The position numbers were made by a program, and so were the translations under genes. A stretch of DNA of 64,000 nt, from the NCBI RefSeq assembly GCF_964188315.1, contig NC_135661.1, positions 81,716,001-81,780,000 of the forward strand. The letters run 5' to 3'. Position 1 is the stretch's first letter; each line of letters begins with the position of its first letter. Below are positions 11,721 to 24,520 of the stretch, in pieces. This stretch comes from Podarcis muralis. Lineage: Eukaryota. A model generated the notes under the pieces. The model did not search any database, had not been told where the DNA came from, and saw only the letters and a program-made list of their open reading frames with translations.

Positions 11721-11970
11721 GGTGTCTTTATCCTGGGGTTGCATCAACTGTTATAGATTGGAAAATTGCTTTCCAAAGGTGGCCCACACTTTGAAGTTTG
11801 TTTATAAGTGACTTCAAAGGAACCTGCTTGCAAATGAAATTCATAGTCATTGTTATCATGTGATTGACATGTTGGTGACCTAGCCTACTTGGCAAACTTG
11901 GCCCAGGGGGGTTCATGGAGATAAAGATCTGGACTGCTGGGCTGAAGAGGTTCTCCACTCCTACTCTTAC

Positions 11971-11999
11971 TTCCTTTGCAGGAAGAAAGACATTCTCTG
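11971..11999 (-). CDS. Gene D small cytoplasmic exon (AENVFLPAKE), CEACAM1 exon-8-like
   Basis: ttgcag|CA...GAA|gtaaga; 29 nt, phase 1-0; links the exon-7-like exon to the ITIM exon in frame. Confidence 0.7.
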
Positions 12000-12088
12000 C
12001 TGCAACTCAACCCCTCTCCCGCTTCTAGACTTTGAATCAGAATGCTGAAGTCTGCATATATTAGGTACTGCCATTGTTCTATCCTTAC

Positions 12089-12135
12089 CAGTGTGGGTTT
12101 CTATTCTGTTCCTACCGATACACTGAAGCACTGGT
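12089..12135 (-). CDS. Gene D cytoplasmic exon 7b (PVLQCIGRNRIETHT)
   Basis: tttcag|A...G|gtaagg; 47 nt, phase 2-1. Confidence 0.7.
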
Positions 12136-12473
12136 CTGAAATTACAAAGAGAGAAAGTCACGGACCTGGAACGTACAACAGACAGAACCCAAGCCCAGCA
12201 GAACCAACCAGGACACACTGAGAGGGGCGGATGTCAGGTGACTGGTAGAGGGGTGATCCAGACTACATGTCAAAGTTGGCCCACAGGACTCATGGAAATA
12301 AGGATCTGGCTCGCTGGGTTGAAAAAGTTCCTAATCCATGTCCTACTTCCTTCTGAGGAAGGAAGACCTTCCCTTTGCTCTGCTTTGGCTCAACCCCCCT
12401 CCCCTCCCCTTCCTACTGCTTTCTAGAGATTGGAGTCTGAATACATTAGGAATCATATGTGTATCATTCTTAC

Positions 12474-12505
12474 CACGGTGGGTTTCGTGTAAGCGACGCC
12501 TGGCT
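12474..12505 (-). CDS. Gene D duplicated cytoplasmic exon 7a (ARRRLHETHR)
   Basis: tttcag|A...G|gtaaga; 32 nt, phase 2-1; paralog of 12089-12135 within a tandem duplication. Confidence 0.6.
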
Positions 12506-12874
12506 CTGAAATGACAGAAACAGGACAGAAAGAGCATTAGGGAACAGAGAGAGATCCAGGAGAATAAGCCCACCAGAGCCAAGCAGGAGGCACTCAAAAC
12601 CCACAACCCTCTGCTCCTTTTGAACCCTCTGCTCAAAAGGCCGAAACCACGGAAGGAACAACTCCTACTAGATTAGTGGAAGCAGGCAAGGCGAGTGGCC
12701 TGAGATGGGTTAGGGGTGCAAAGAAAATGCCTTGCTAGGATATCCTCTAGATATTGGGAACTCCCCAAAGGGGGAAAAAAAACAACCTTTAAGGAAAGTT
12801 TCCTCAATCAGGTGTCCTCCAGACATTTATTGAGTCTGACAGCATCTGGAAGGTCACAATTTAGCTACCCCTCA

Positions 12875-13212
12875 TGAGCCTAGGGCTTGCCGATCGGAAG
12901 GTCGGCGGTTCAAATCCCCATGATGGGGTGAGCTCCCGTTGCACGGTCCCTGCTCCTGCCAACCTAGCAGTTCGAAAGCACGTCATGTGCAAGTAGATAA
13001 ATAGGTACCACTCCGGCAGGAAGGTAAGCGGCGTTTCTGTGCACTGCTCTGGTTTCGCCAGAAGTGGCTTAGTCATGCTGGCCACATGACCCAGAAAAAC
13101 TGTCTGTGGACAAACATCGGCTCCCTCGGCCAGTAAAGTGAGATGAGCACCGCAACCCCAGAGTCATTCACGACTGGACTTAACTGCCAGGGGTCCTTTA
13201 CCTTTACCTTTT
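12875..13212 (+). mobile_element. Sauria SINE (5' truncated/diverged)
   Basis: GAGCCTAGGGCTTGCCGATCGG...CCTTTACCTTTACCTTTT. Confidence 0.88.
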
Positions 13213-13469
13213 AGAATTGAAAAGTCAACCCAATGTGTACAGTTTCTAACCAATTTTGGAGGGGTGCTTGATGTGGTCATCTACTCATTGCAAATGTTTG
13301 TGTATCAGAATCATCAGGTTTAACAGAGAATAGGCCTACGGTGCCTTTGCTGGATTATCAAGGAAAGGCAAACTCAGCTGCTGCAAGTGAGAGCCAGTGT
13401 GGTGTAGTGGTTAAGAGCAGTAGACTCGTAATCTGGGGAACCGGGCAGGACACCAGTGAAGAAGGAAAA

Positions 13470-13715
13470 GAAGAGATTGGATTTGATATCCCGCTTTATC
13501 ACTACCCTAAGGAGTCTCAAAGTGGCTAACATTCTCCTTTCCCTTCCTCCCCCACAACAAACACTCTGTGAGGTGAGTGAGGCTGAGAGACCTCAGAGAA
13601 GTGTGACTGGCCCAAGGTCACCCAGCAGCTGCATGTGGAGGAGCGGAGACGCGAACCCGGTTCACCAGATTACGAGACTACCGCTCTTAACCACTACACC
13701 ACATTGGCTCACCAC
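13470..13715 (-). mobile_element. Second tRNA-derived SINE family copy
   Basis: Matches 9580-9830; a plus-strand head fragment of the same family lies at ~13390-13445. Confidence 0.7.
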
Positions 13716-13856
13716 AGTGAGACAGCCTCAAACCCTGAGCTTGAGCAGAGAGACCACTCAAAGCAGTTAAGCAGAGCAGGAACTTCCTGGAGAACGAGGG
13801 GGAGATGGCAAATTCAGGGGGACCCTGATTCAAGGGGACCAGGATGGCAGACTTAC

Positions 13857-13977
13857 GCTGAGTGAAACCTGGGGTACAGGAACAACCCCAGACCTCCCAT
13901 GGCCACGATTCCAATCATACAACCTAGGATGATTCCAAAAATTGACGCTTGGGGATGGGAGTCAGCCTCCTCTACAT
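13857..13977 (-). CDS. Gene D transmembrane exon (DVEEADSHPQASIFGIILGCMIGIVAMGGLGLFLYPRFHS)
   Basis: ttgcag|AT...GC|gtaagt; 121 nt, phase 1-2, as in CEACAM1-type TM exons; uncharged TM. Confidence 0.82.
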
Positions 13978-14131
13978 CTGCAAGACGGGAGAGAAAAGTG
14001 CTGTGAGCTTTGGAAAGTATGTGTCCATGATTTTCCTTCCCCAGTTGATCACATGAGTATGGGGCAATTTCCCCCCCCCTCTTTTTTAAATTGCTTTATT
14101 GAGATTAAAAAGATGTAACAAACACACAAGT

Positions 14132-14179
<48 letters not shown>

Positions 14180-14183
<4 letters not shown>

Positions 14184-14780
14184 TAAAGATAATCGTGCTA
14201 TTTGTTACATCATATCGCTCTACATTCCACTTAAGTATTTAACAATGTCTTGCCACCCCATCGTGTATTTACCGCTTAATCTCTCTAGCACACTATTAAC
14301 ATTCATTTTCTTTTCTTTTCTTTGCTTTTGTCAATTATCAATATTGTATTCTCTTGTTAGTCAACATACCACAGAATTCATTCGAGTCCTCCCACTGGCA
14401 TTATGTTATTACAGTAATTTATAAGGTGTTTTTTTTTGTACATATCCCATCTCTTAATAAAAGTTTGCCCTGTAGAACCTCTCAGTTTTACTGTCATTTT
14501 TGCCAATTTGGCGTACTCCAACAACTTACTTTGCCATTCCAGTTTTCTTGGAATTTTCTCTCCTTTCTAGTTTGATGCAATTAATATTCTTGCAGCTACA
14601 ATTTCATACAAGAATAATTCTCTCGCATTTTAAGGTATATCTGGGCCAAGTATCCCTAAGAGAAACACCTCCGGTTTTTAAAATAAAGGATAGGATACCT
14701 TAATCATTTTTTTAAGCTCATTATAGATTACATTCCAAAATTCCTTTATTTTCTTGCATGTCCTCCACATGTGTAACATT
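14180..14780 (-). mobile_element. Degraded L1 3' fragment
   Basis: Similar to the other L1 3' ends (AT-rich, EWQ..LMEYAEL-like remnants), preceded by (AAT)n. Confidence 0.6.
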
Positions 14781-14904
14781 GAGTATAGGGCAATTTTCAG
14801 TGAAACCTGCTCTTCTGGACATCAACCTAATGTTGCCAGTTATTTGATTCAGAACAGCCTTGATGAATAGCTAAAGGTTCCCCCCCCCCCCCGGCATGGA
14901 GATA

Positions 14905-15156
14905 CAGTGGTACCTCTGATTGAGAATGGGATCTGTTCTGGAGGCCCATTCAAAACGTGAAAAGCCTGCAACCTGAAGCGCCGTATCTGCGCGGCGCGAT
15001 TTGGCACTTGTGCGCATGTGCGAAGCGCGATTTAGCCCTACTGCGCATGCACGAGGGATGAAACCCGGATGTAACCCTTTCCAGTACTTCCGGGTCGCCG
15101 TGGGACGCAAGCTGAAAAAATGTAACTTGAAGCAAATGTAACATGAGGTATGACTG
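14905..15156. mobile_element. Tc1/mariner-type MITE
   Basis: TA|CAGTGGTACCTC...GAGGTATGACTG|TA. Confidence 0.82.
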
Positions 15157-16018
15157 TATGTCGTAAAAAGAGTATTACCAGAATCTTTCAGCCTGCTCTG
15201 ACTACTGTTAAAGGCAGTAGGGAAAAGGGAAAAAGGTGAAAACTTTGCCCCAAGCTTGTCTGTGGCCTTGCTGCAGTGAAGCACCTCAAACTTTCTCTTC
15301 ACATCCCTCCACGAATGCAGCTGGAGGGTGACCTGCATGGACAAATGCACCCGTGTGCATTGCATATTCAGGCTTCCCTGCACACGAGAGAATTCCATGC
15401 CGTTCTGATTAATCTACAGTATTTCTATCCCGTTCCTCATTGGATTTTTCCAACCCCAGAGCAGGGAGCAAAGCGATAAAAATAAAATGGGTAAAACAAC
15501 AATATAGCAGAAATTACAAAATCGTATTAACAGGACCAGTAACCGACTAAGCAACTCTACCCGCAGGTTGACAAGCAAGATCGCAACGGCATTAATTAAC
15601 GTTCCCAGTTTATGGAATATGAGCCTCAAGGTCAGCAGGGCTGCCAGGTAGTGACATGCAGATGGATTTGTTGGGCTCCCTCATCACTCTTCTCCATGCA
15701 TATTCCTGCATTGCAACGAGTTGCGTTAGATGTCCCTTGGGGTCCCTTCCAACTCTGCAATTCTATGATTTGTTTAAAAAAAAAATTTTGATTACAGATT
15801 TCCGTGAATTACAAAAGAACGTGCGATGTCTCTCTTTCTGTGTGTGTTTCAGATTATAAAGTCAATTCTGTGATTACCATTTCCGTTACCACTATTTACC
15901 CACTCTGGGCCCTTAGTTCCCAGGGCAGGCTAGAACATTAAAACACACAATATTAGAAACAGTTTAAAATAACTTACAGTAATAGAAGTAAGGCGGATCC
16001 TAAAAGTAGACACCATAC

Positions 16019-16390
16019 CTAAGACATTTATGACTATAAGTCCTATCACCGTTCCCGAAGATACTTTAGCAGCCAATGTATAGAGTCCAGAGTCATTTAG
16101 CCATAAATCCCTGATGCTAAGGGAGCTGTCTAGGCCCCCAGTCTCCCGCTCAGTGAAGGAAGGTCCATTATTCTGTATTCTAGTTGGTACTAGTATATAA
16201 GTAAAGATTCGACTACTCTCCTCAATTTCCCCTCGGTACCAGATGAAGGTGTTAAGGTTCTCCACATCAAGGTCTACAGGTGTGAAGGTGACACTGCCTC
16301 CTTCTTCTGGGTGTTCTGTGTCCATCTTGATGACTGTCTCCTTCTCGCCCTTGGTTTGAGTCAAGAGGAAGGAGGAACTCAGGATGGAGG
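16019..16390 (-). CDS. Gene D CEACAM-like N (IgV) exon
   Basis: ttacag|CC...TTAG|gtatgg; 372 nt, phase 1-1; EEGGSVTF...FIWYRG...NGPSFTERETG..DSSLSIRDL..DSGLYTL; no Cys in the mature domain. Confidence 0.9.
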
Positions 16391-16589
16391 CTGTAAAGGG
16401 GAGAGAGCGAAGAGGAGACGTCACTTCAAACAAAAGTCCTAGTTTCAGCACAGTTCTGTTCTCTTTCAGAGATCCACGGATGGCCCCAAAGTCTCTTTCA
16501 CTGCATCAAAGAGACCTCAACAACTGCAATACACATAGAGACGGAATTGTTGAGGAGTCAAAGAAAAACATTGTCGAAAACGTATAAAT

Positions 16590-17470
16590 TATTACTAGAG
16601 TGGCACAGAAAGGATGAGGGGGCAAAAAGTGTTATGATTAAGTGGGCCCAAGATTTGGGACATAACATTGGTTTTTGAAAAATGGGGAAAAATGTGGACA
16701 AAAACAATTAAATTCACAGCGTGTATGTCACTCAAAGAAAATGTAACAAAGGTGATGTACCGTTGGTATATAACACCAGCCAAACTCGCTAAAATGTATA
16801 GAAATCAGGATAAAAAATGTTGGAAATGCAAGGAGAAGGAGGGGAATTTCTATCATATGTGGTGGACGTGTACCATGGTGAAAGCCTATTGGGATATAAT
16901 TTATAATGAATTAAAAAAGATTTTGAAATATAACTTTAATAAAAAATAAAGAGATGTTCTTGTTAGGTTTAATTGGAGATGAAATCCCCCCAAAAGATGT
17001 AAACCTGTTTAAGTATGCCACAATGGCCGTAAGGATACTTTTGGCTCAGAAATGGAACTCACAGGAGAGCCCAACAGTGAAAGAATGGAGGAGTAAGATG
17101 GTGGAATACGCGGAGTTAGCAAAGCTGATGGGGAAGATCAGGAATCAGCGTGACGAACCGTTTCAAAGGGACTGGAGCAAATTTATAGTATATTTGAAAG
17201 AACAATGTAAACATTTGAAAACGTTTGTAGCTTTGAGTTGAAATGTTTTGTAAAGAGAATATGAGGAACTGATTTACATTTAAAGAGGTGAACTAAAAAA
17301 CAAGAGAGAAGGTAAAAAAGTTGTTATGGAAACGCTAAGAATAAAGTAAATATGTATGGAAGTCAGAAAAAGGGGCGGGAGGAAGTCGATGCTCGAATAG
17401 AGCGAGGTTTGAGTTTTTGGAAGTATGTATGGAAATTGTGATTATGATAAAACTGAAAATGCAAAAAAAA
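16590..17470 (+). mobile_element. L1 LINE 3' end (ORF2 zinc-knuckle region)
   Basis: KCWKCKEKEGNFYHMWWTC motif, frameshifted continuation, A-rich tail. Confidence 0.85.
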
Positions 17471-18279
17471 ATTAATTTAAAAAATACAACACGCCACACA
17501 ACTGCAATACACACATTCTTGAATGTACAAGTAAGAGTGGAAGAAACAAAAAAATGTCCTAAGTTTTCGTATGCAGGGTCTTCACCCCTTTGCCCACTCC
17601 TCCCACATTCTGAAGTTGGGTAGCCAAGGAATTGGTACCCCACCTCACCACCCACTGCGAAAACACAGGGCTGTGTGAGTGTCAGCCACAGCTGATGAAA
17701 CAGTGATGCCATCTCAGCTGAAGGAAGGAAGATGGTGCCTTTGCTGCACGCTGCAATGTTCTTTGCCTCGACTGGCAGATGCAAACCCCCACACCCGAAA
17801 CAATTAGGCAAAATAAGGAGCCCCAGGCAAAGGCTCTCAGCCTGCGCAGAATTCAGCCTCTCTGAGTGGAGAATTTCAACTGTCGGGAGTATTCAGTTCT
17901 CTATGCTATGGTAACCCTGCATAACATTCTTCTGATACAAAACTGAGTGACAGCAGAAATGAAGTCCAAAGGGAGATAGCAGCGTGCTCAAGGGAAACCC
18001 TGATCCAAAAGTTGCCAATAGCCATGGGTGCCAACTCCCTTGGGTCTTGGGTGCCCGAGCACCCTCAAAATTCCCCATGAAGGGGCAGGGCACCCACAAA
18101 TTTCGGTGCCAGGGCCATGTACTCTTCATGGCATCTGCGGCCCCGGGCACCCGTGGGCACCAAGTTGGCACTTCTGCCAGTAGCCATGGGGTGGCGGAGA
18201 GTCAAGTACTTACTTCTCCTCCCCACCTCCACCAAACCATGTCTGCAAGCTGCTGGAAGGGGCGATTTTGATCAGAGGA

Positions 18280-18970
18280 ACAACGCGAGCGCGCATAAAG
18301 TGAAATAAGTCTGTATGCTTCTGCAGCCCCCCTGACCCCTCTGCCCCCCGCTCTTCGTTTTAAAAAGTGCTGGGAGCTTCGCAGCACGAGATCATAACCG
18401 TATCCATCAGTTTGGTCCCGATCCTGCTCACCTGCGAGGAGCGCTGCGCGCCAGCAGTTCCTCCATCCCGGGGGTCTCCAAGGCTGGGCCGGACGCACGT
18501 CCAACCTGCCTATGGCGGGGCTTCGCTTCGTGGTGGGGGTCTCTTCGTTTGCCCGCTTGCGGGCAGCCCAGAGCTGATCCTTCCCGGCCCTGCCTTCCTC
18601 GGGGGCCGGGCTTCCATCCACCGCGAGCCGACTCAGCCGGCTGGCTCCTTCCCCGCGTCCTTGGCAAGGTCGGGGGACCGCTGCGTTGTCGCCAATGCGC
18701 GGACGTCGGGGGGCAAGGGCTAAGAGGGCTCTGCCCAGAACCAGACGGAGGAGCGCGAAGCCGCGATGGTCAACGCCGCGCTTCCGAAGCTCAGCCGCGT
18801 TTGGCCTGGAACCGAGGAGTCCAGGAGCGTCATAAATGCGCAATAAACAGAACGCCTGGGCGGCCCCGACGGTAAAAGAGCGATGGAGACTATGTTGACG
18901 AAAGGGGCGGCACGGATGCGGACGACGTCGATGAAGGCGAAGACAGCCAGAAGGAGGGCTGCCTGCCAGG
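18280..18970. promoter_or_regulatory. CpG-island-like promoter region of gene D
   Basis: Locally GC- and CpG-rich, surrounding the gene D leader exon. Confidence 0.55.
18432..18513 (-). CDS. Gene D leader exon with ATA at the start position ((I/M)GRLDVRPAQPWRPPGWRNCWRAALLA)
   Basis: gccATAG in Kozak-like context, donor GCAG|gtgagc, 82 nt, phase 1; WRAALLA end matches paralog leaders; no in-frame ATG upstream. Confidence 0.65.
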
Positions 18971-19520
18971 GGCTCTTCATAGAATCATAGTGTTGGAAGG
19001 GACCCAAGGGTCATCTAGTCCAACCCCCCCCCCGCAACACACCTACGCAGGGTCCAGGTGAGCCACAGATGCCCTGCCTGCCTTTCCATCTTGGGGGCTT
19101 TGCTTGACAGGACAGCAGTGGTGTCAGCCGGATGCCTGGGTTCGTAGCTGTCAACTTTTCCCTTTTCTTGCGAGAAATCCTATTCGAAATAAAGAAATTC
19201 CCCTTTAAAAAAGGGAAACGTTGACAGCTATGCCTGGGTTCCTTTGCTCTTCCTGTTACCCCCCAAGGAGTGCTCCAGGGGGTGGTTTGCAAGTCCAGGA
19301 GTGGAACAGGGTCTTGGGAGGGAAGGGGCACCCCGTCCTCAGTGTGACTCAGGCAGAGCTGGGCTTCCTCCTCCCGTGACTCCCAGCCCTCTTGTTGGGT
19401 GCCAGGTCATGTGCTGGTGGAGTTGAGAAGGGAGCAAAAGCTTTCGGTGGGCATCTGGCAGAAGAAAAAGGGGAAGGAAGGAGCCCGTGGCTTCTTCAGC
19501 ATCAGCTAATGACGAGGCCA

Positions 19521-19871
19521 GAGACGCGGGTGGCGCTGTGGGTTAAACCACAGAGCCTAGGACTTGCCGATCAGAAGGTCGGCGGTTCGAATCCCCGCGA
19601 CGGGGTGAGCTCCCGTTGCTCGGTCCCTGCTCCTGCCAACCTAGCAGTTTGAAAGCACGTCAAAGTGCAAGTAGATAAATAGGTACCGCTCCGGCGGGAA
19701 GGTAAATGGCATTTCCGTGCGCTGCTCTGGTTCACCAGAAGTGGCTTAGTCCTGCTGGCCACATGACCCAGAAGCTGTACACCGGCTCCCTCGGCCAGTA
19801 AAGCGAGATGAGCGCCGCAACCCCAGAGTTGGCCATGACTGGACCTAATGGTCAGGGGTCCCTTTACCTTT
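19521..19871 (+). mobile_element. Sauria SINE
   Basis: Canonical head and tail; TSD TAATGAC/TGAGGCCA. Confidence 0.92.
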
Positions 19872-20344
19872 TAATGATGAGGCCACAAGACAGACACAGA
19901 TGCCCAGCCCAAAGCCTGAGCCAATGAGAGGCTGCCAGGTCTTAACTGCCTCCAGATGTTTCATTGTACATAAAACAATATTGCACAGTTGCAAAAAGGG
20001 CTCAGAAAAGGACTGCCCAATTTATCAAGGGGATGGAGGAAAGGTTACCACATTTCAGAATATTGCCAAAGAACGATGTCAATCAACATTTGATGATCTC
20101 CTTCTACGGTCCACAATAGAAAGTGTCCTTTCATACTGCATCACGGTGTGGTACGCTGGTTTGACATCAACTGATAGAACGTGCCTGCAGAGGGTGGTGA
20201 ATATGGCACAAGATATTATGGCCTGTCCCGTGAATCCGCTGGATGATCATGGAAGAAGGTTGCCTCAGGAGAGTGAGGAAAATTCTCAGGGATGATTCAC
20301 ACCCTGGCCGGCACTTTCTTGATCTCCTGCCCTCGGGCAGAAGA

Positions 20345-20695
20345 TATAGAAGCATGAGGGGTGATATGATAGCCATGTTCAAATATATAAAAGGATGTCA
20401 TATAGAGGCGGGAGAAAGGTTGTTTTCTGCTGCTCCAGAGAAGCAGACACGGAGCAATGGATCCAAACTACAAGAAAGAAGATTCCACCTAAACATTAGG
20501 AAGAACTTCCTGACAGTAAGAGCTGTTCGACAGTGGAATTTGCTGCCAAGGAGTGTGGTGGAGTCTCCTTCTTTGGAGGTCTTTAAGCAGAGGCTTGACA
20601 ACCATATGTCAGGAGTGCTCTGATGGTGTTTCCTGCTTGGCAGGGGGTTGGACTCGATGGCCCTTGTGGTCTCTTCCAACTCTATGATTCTATTC
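20345..20695 (+). mobile_element. CR1 LINE 3' fragment
   Basis: [40 protein letters not shown]; (ATTCT)n tail. Confidence 0.9.
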
Positions 20696-21364
20696 TATGA
20701 TGATTAGTCGCACCAACAGGGTAAAGAGCAGCTTCTAGCCGTGGGCTGTTAGGCTGCTGAATGAAAAGATAACAACAGGGCAACTGACTTTCGGGTTTGG
20801 TGGGAGTGCGAATTAAGAAATTTTTACTAAGAGAGCTGAGTGGGGGGTGCTCGTGTAATCTCACTGTATACAAGTTGTACAAGTGACAATAAAGTATTTC
20901 AAAGTATTTGAATTTCTCCTTCCAGCGGGTGGCAGACATGGTTTGGGGGTGGGTGGGTGGGTAGGGGAGGTAAGTTAGGGTTGCCATATGTCTGGAATTT
21001 CCCGGACATAGCCGGAATACTGCAGGCGGAAGCAATGTCCGGACGGGAATCGCCGAAGGGTCTGTGTAAACCTGGACACTTAAAAATAGCTCAAAAACTC
21101 TTTTTTGTTTGTTTGTTTTGCCCAATAGCTTTGAGCAAAAAAAGCTCAACATTTTTTTGTGTTCGGATTTTCTCTTTTAGAAATATGGCAACCCTACGCT
21201 AGGACTCGGAGGTGTTCAGTGAAGTTGAATGTTGGAAGGTTCAGGACAGACCAGAGAAAGGACTTTTCCCACATGGCCCATAGTTAACCTGTGAAATTCG
21301 CTCCCGCAAGTGACGGCCACCAACTAGCATGGCTTTAAAAGAAGATTAGACACATATCTCCAGG

Positions 21365-21665
21365 GCTGTCACGTGGAAGAGGGAACAAGCTTGTTTTCTC
21401 CTGCTCCGGAGGGTAGGACTCGAACCAGTGGCTTCAAGTTACAAGAAAGGAGATTCCGACTAAACATTAGGAAAAAACTTCCTGGCGATAAGAGCTGTTG
21501 GACAGCAGAATGGACTCCCTTGGGAGGTTGTGGACTCTCCTTCCTTGGAGGTTTTTAAGCAAAGGTTGTATGTCCATCTGCCATGGATGCTTTAGCTGAG
21601 ATTCCTGCATTGCAGGGGGTTGGACTAGATGACCCTGGGGACCCCTTCCAACTCTATAATTCTAT
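21365..21665 (+). mobile_element. CR1 LINE 3' fragment (second subfamily)
   Basis: RTRTSGFKLQERRFRLNIRKK; CR1-type 3' end. Confidence 0.82.
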
Positions 21666-21876
21666 GAAGGACCCTCCATTCTCCACCCCATCCTGGTGCA
21701 AAAAGGAATCACATGAGAACATAGATGGCTCCCGAAGTCCAGAGTCCAATGGGACTGCAGAGCAGCGGTAAAAAGACTCGCATGTTGTTTTTATTGCCCT
21801 CTCAATCTCATGCAGCTGGAGTGGTCAACTGGCAAGCTGGGGTGGGCAGTTGCAGACCAGTATATGGTGTTTGATA

Positions 21877-21916
<40 letters not shown>

Positions 21917-21988
21917 GGATTTATACCCTGCCCATCTGGCTAGGTTTCCCCAGCCACTCCGGGTGGCTCACAGCACGTATGAAAGCAT

Positions 21989-22399
21989 GTTGTTGTTTAG
22001 TCGTTTAGTCGTGTCCGACTCTTTGTGACCCCATGGACCAGAGCACGCCAGGCACTCCTGTCTTCCACCACCTCCCACAGTTTGGTCAGGCTCATGTTTG
22101 TAGCTTCGAGAACACTATCCAACCATCTCATCCTCTGTCGTCCCCTTCTCCTTGTGCCCTCCATCTTTCCCAACATCAGGGTCTTTTCCAGTGAGTCTTC
22201 TCTTCTCATGAGGTGGCCAAAGTACTGGAGCCTCAGCTTCAGGATCTGTCCTTCCAGTGAGCACTCAGGGCTGATTTCCTTAAGAATGGACATGTTTGAT
22301 CTTCTTGCAGTCCATGGGACTCTCAAGAGTCTCCTCCAGCACCATAATTCAAAAGCATCAATTCTTCGGCGATCAGCCTTCTTTATGGTCCAGCTCTCA
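21989..22399 (-). mobile_element. Bov-B (RTE) LINE 3' fragment
   Basis: SWTIKKADRRRIDAFELWCWRRLLRVPWTARRSN; (CAA)n tail; flanking GTAT(G/A)AAAGCAT repeat. Confidence 0.92.
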
Positions 22400-23269
22400 G
22401 TATAAAAGCATAGCATCCAAATAAAGTCAGATCCCTGTCTTTGTGGAAATGCATCCAGTTATGTGCAGAGCAGTGCGGCCTGCAAATTGTCTCCCCAAAA
22501 TAGTGACAGCCCGAAAGAGCCCCAATAGATGGCTCAAAGTGTGGAGAGGCGATTGCAGAAACACAGAAAGATTGTTTTGACAACTGAAGAAGGAAGCAAT
22601 AGATGGTGTCATGACTCAAATCTTTCAGGGGCCTGAGGAAACTGCAAATGACTATTACTCTCTCTCTCTCACACACACACAATTAAGTAATACAGGGCAG
22701 AATCCTGCGGGAATCTTCTCTAAATGAACAATATGCTTGCACAATTCACTTCAACGGGGCTTCCCTCAGAGAACGTTTCTCCATTATCAGAACTATCAGT
22801 CTTGCAGCGTTGAGTGAAACATTACATAACCATACAGACTGGTGGGTGCTACTCACAGTCAACTCAGCAGACTGCAGTTTCTTTCAGACAACCTGTTTAT
22901 TGAGCAAATATTCACCATCATCTATTATTATTACTAATCATTTACTATTATTATTTACATTTGTATACCAGCCACCCAGCCTTGTTCTCCAGGTGCTTTA
23001 CTTATTACAATAAAACACAAAACGCAATTTATAATAAAAATCCGGAAACCGAAACAAAGGAGCTCAGTCAAAACAAGAACCCTAGCAGAAATCTGCACAA
23101 TACACAGCAGCTAACACAATTTAAACCCAGCATAGAACACATCAAATGGAGAACAAATGGTTCAAGTCAATCAATATTCCTTCAGAAGCAGAGACTTATA
23201 GCTATAAGCACCCAGTTCAAATCTTGATTGAGCTGGGAATAGGGTTTGCTTGTTAGTCTTTATTTTATT

Positions 23270-23788
23270 TTAAAATAAATTTTTTTATTCACTTTCTTTT
23301 CTGTCATTGATTACATCTCATATCAATAACATACATATTACACCTCTTCATCCCTTCCCTCCTGGGCTTCCCTCAGCTTCCATTTCTGGTTTGTTACTCC
23401 CTTATTACATACTGCTTTTTCTTAAAACCCACTATATCATTTCTTCATTATTTTAAATGTTCTCTGTTAATAAAGATGCGAGTGTTTATTTAAATCCTGC
23501 CATCAAGCCGATGTTCTTTCTTTGATTCTGCAAATATATTATAAAAGGTTCCCACTCTTTTTCAAAGTCACTGTTGTCCTTTTCTCGTAGTCCATCAGTT
23601 TTGCCAGTTCTGCATAATCCATCAATTTATCTTGCCATTGTTCTTTTGTCGGAATTTCTCCAGTCTTCCAGTTTTGTGCTATCAGAATTCTCGCCACCGT
23701 AGTAGCATACATAAATAATGTCCTCTTCTCTTTCGGCAGATCTTGACCTAAAATACCTAACGGGAAGGCTTTTGGTTGTTTAATGCTT
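23270..23788 (-). mobile_element. L1 3' fragment
   Basis: Reverse complement encodes EWQDKLMDYAELAKL-like remnants. Confidence 0.7.
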
Positions 23789-24520
23789 GTTAGTCTTTAA
23801 AATACGTGGCTAAAGTTTCCAGTTCGTGTCTGGGGCCATGAAAGCAGCTCTCCCATTCGTGGGGGGAACTCAGGCGGAGGGAAGGGGGGTTTACGCGAGA
23901 TTGTAAAATCCCCTGAAAACCCCCAAGGTGATTTGGGGGACCAGGGGACCCAAGGTCATCTTTGTGCTGTGGGATGTGAAACACAAGAGCAGTCAAGTAC
24001 AACATTCCTAGAGTGAACATGTTTACACATGGGGAGGAATGTTTGTCCAGCCAGCAGGTAAACTTCCTGTTTCCTTCTGGGCTGGGACAGACTTCCTCTG
24101 CATGTGACTAGAGGTGGGCGTGGCCTCACCTGTGCAGGTAATGACAAAAGCACAGGGCAGGGCAGCCATCTCTCTCTCTTTGACTACATGCATCGAAGAA
24201 GCAACATCTGCTTAGCCAAAGATGCTCTCTTGGCTTCCAGCCAAGAAAGGACAAAGGGGCTGTCTCCTTATGAGATAGTTTCCAGGTGTATGTTACTTTT
24301 CTAAGCTAAGTCTGCCTTCTGGGATCTAATCGTGAACAGAATGTGAGTAAACTCTTTTTATACTTTTATAGAAGACTGTGTCGTGTCTTATCTTTTATGA
24401 GGGAATAAGGGGAAAATACCAGAACAGTTATTATAGAGGCTTTAGCGAGCCTGAGCAAACGCATCCGCTGCAAGTTTAAAAAGGGGAATGTTACTCTGCT
24501 AAATTGTGAACTTGTTAACA
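23788..24520 (+). mobile_element. LTR-like element
   Basis: TGTT...AACA ends; internal segment is the reverse complement of 38600-38850; no clear TSD. Confidence 0.5.

Noticed and set aside
18202-18843. 213-aa GC-rich ORF as a standalone gene
   Set aside because: Starts at TTG within a CpG-rich region; only the last 27 codons before the GTGAGC donor resemble family leaders.
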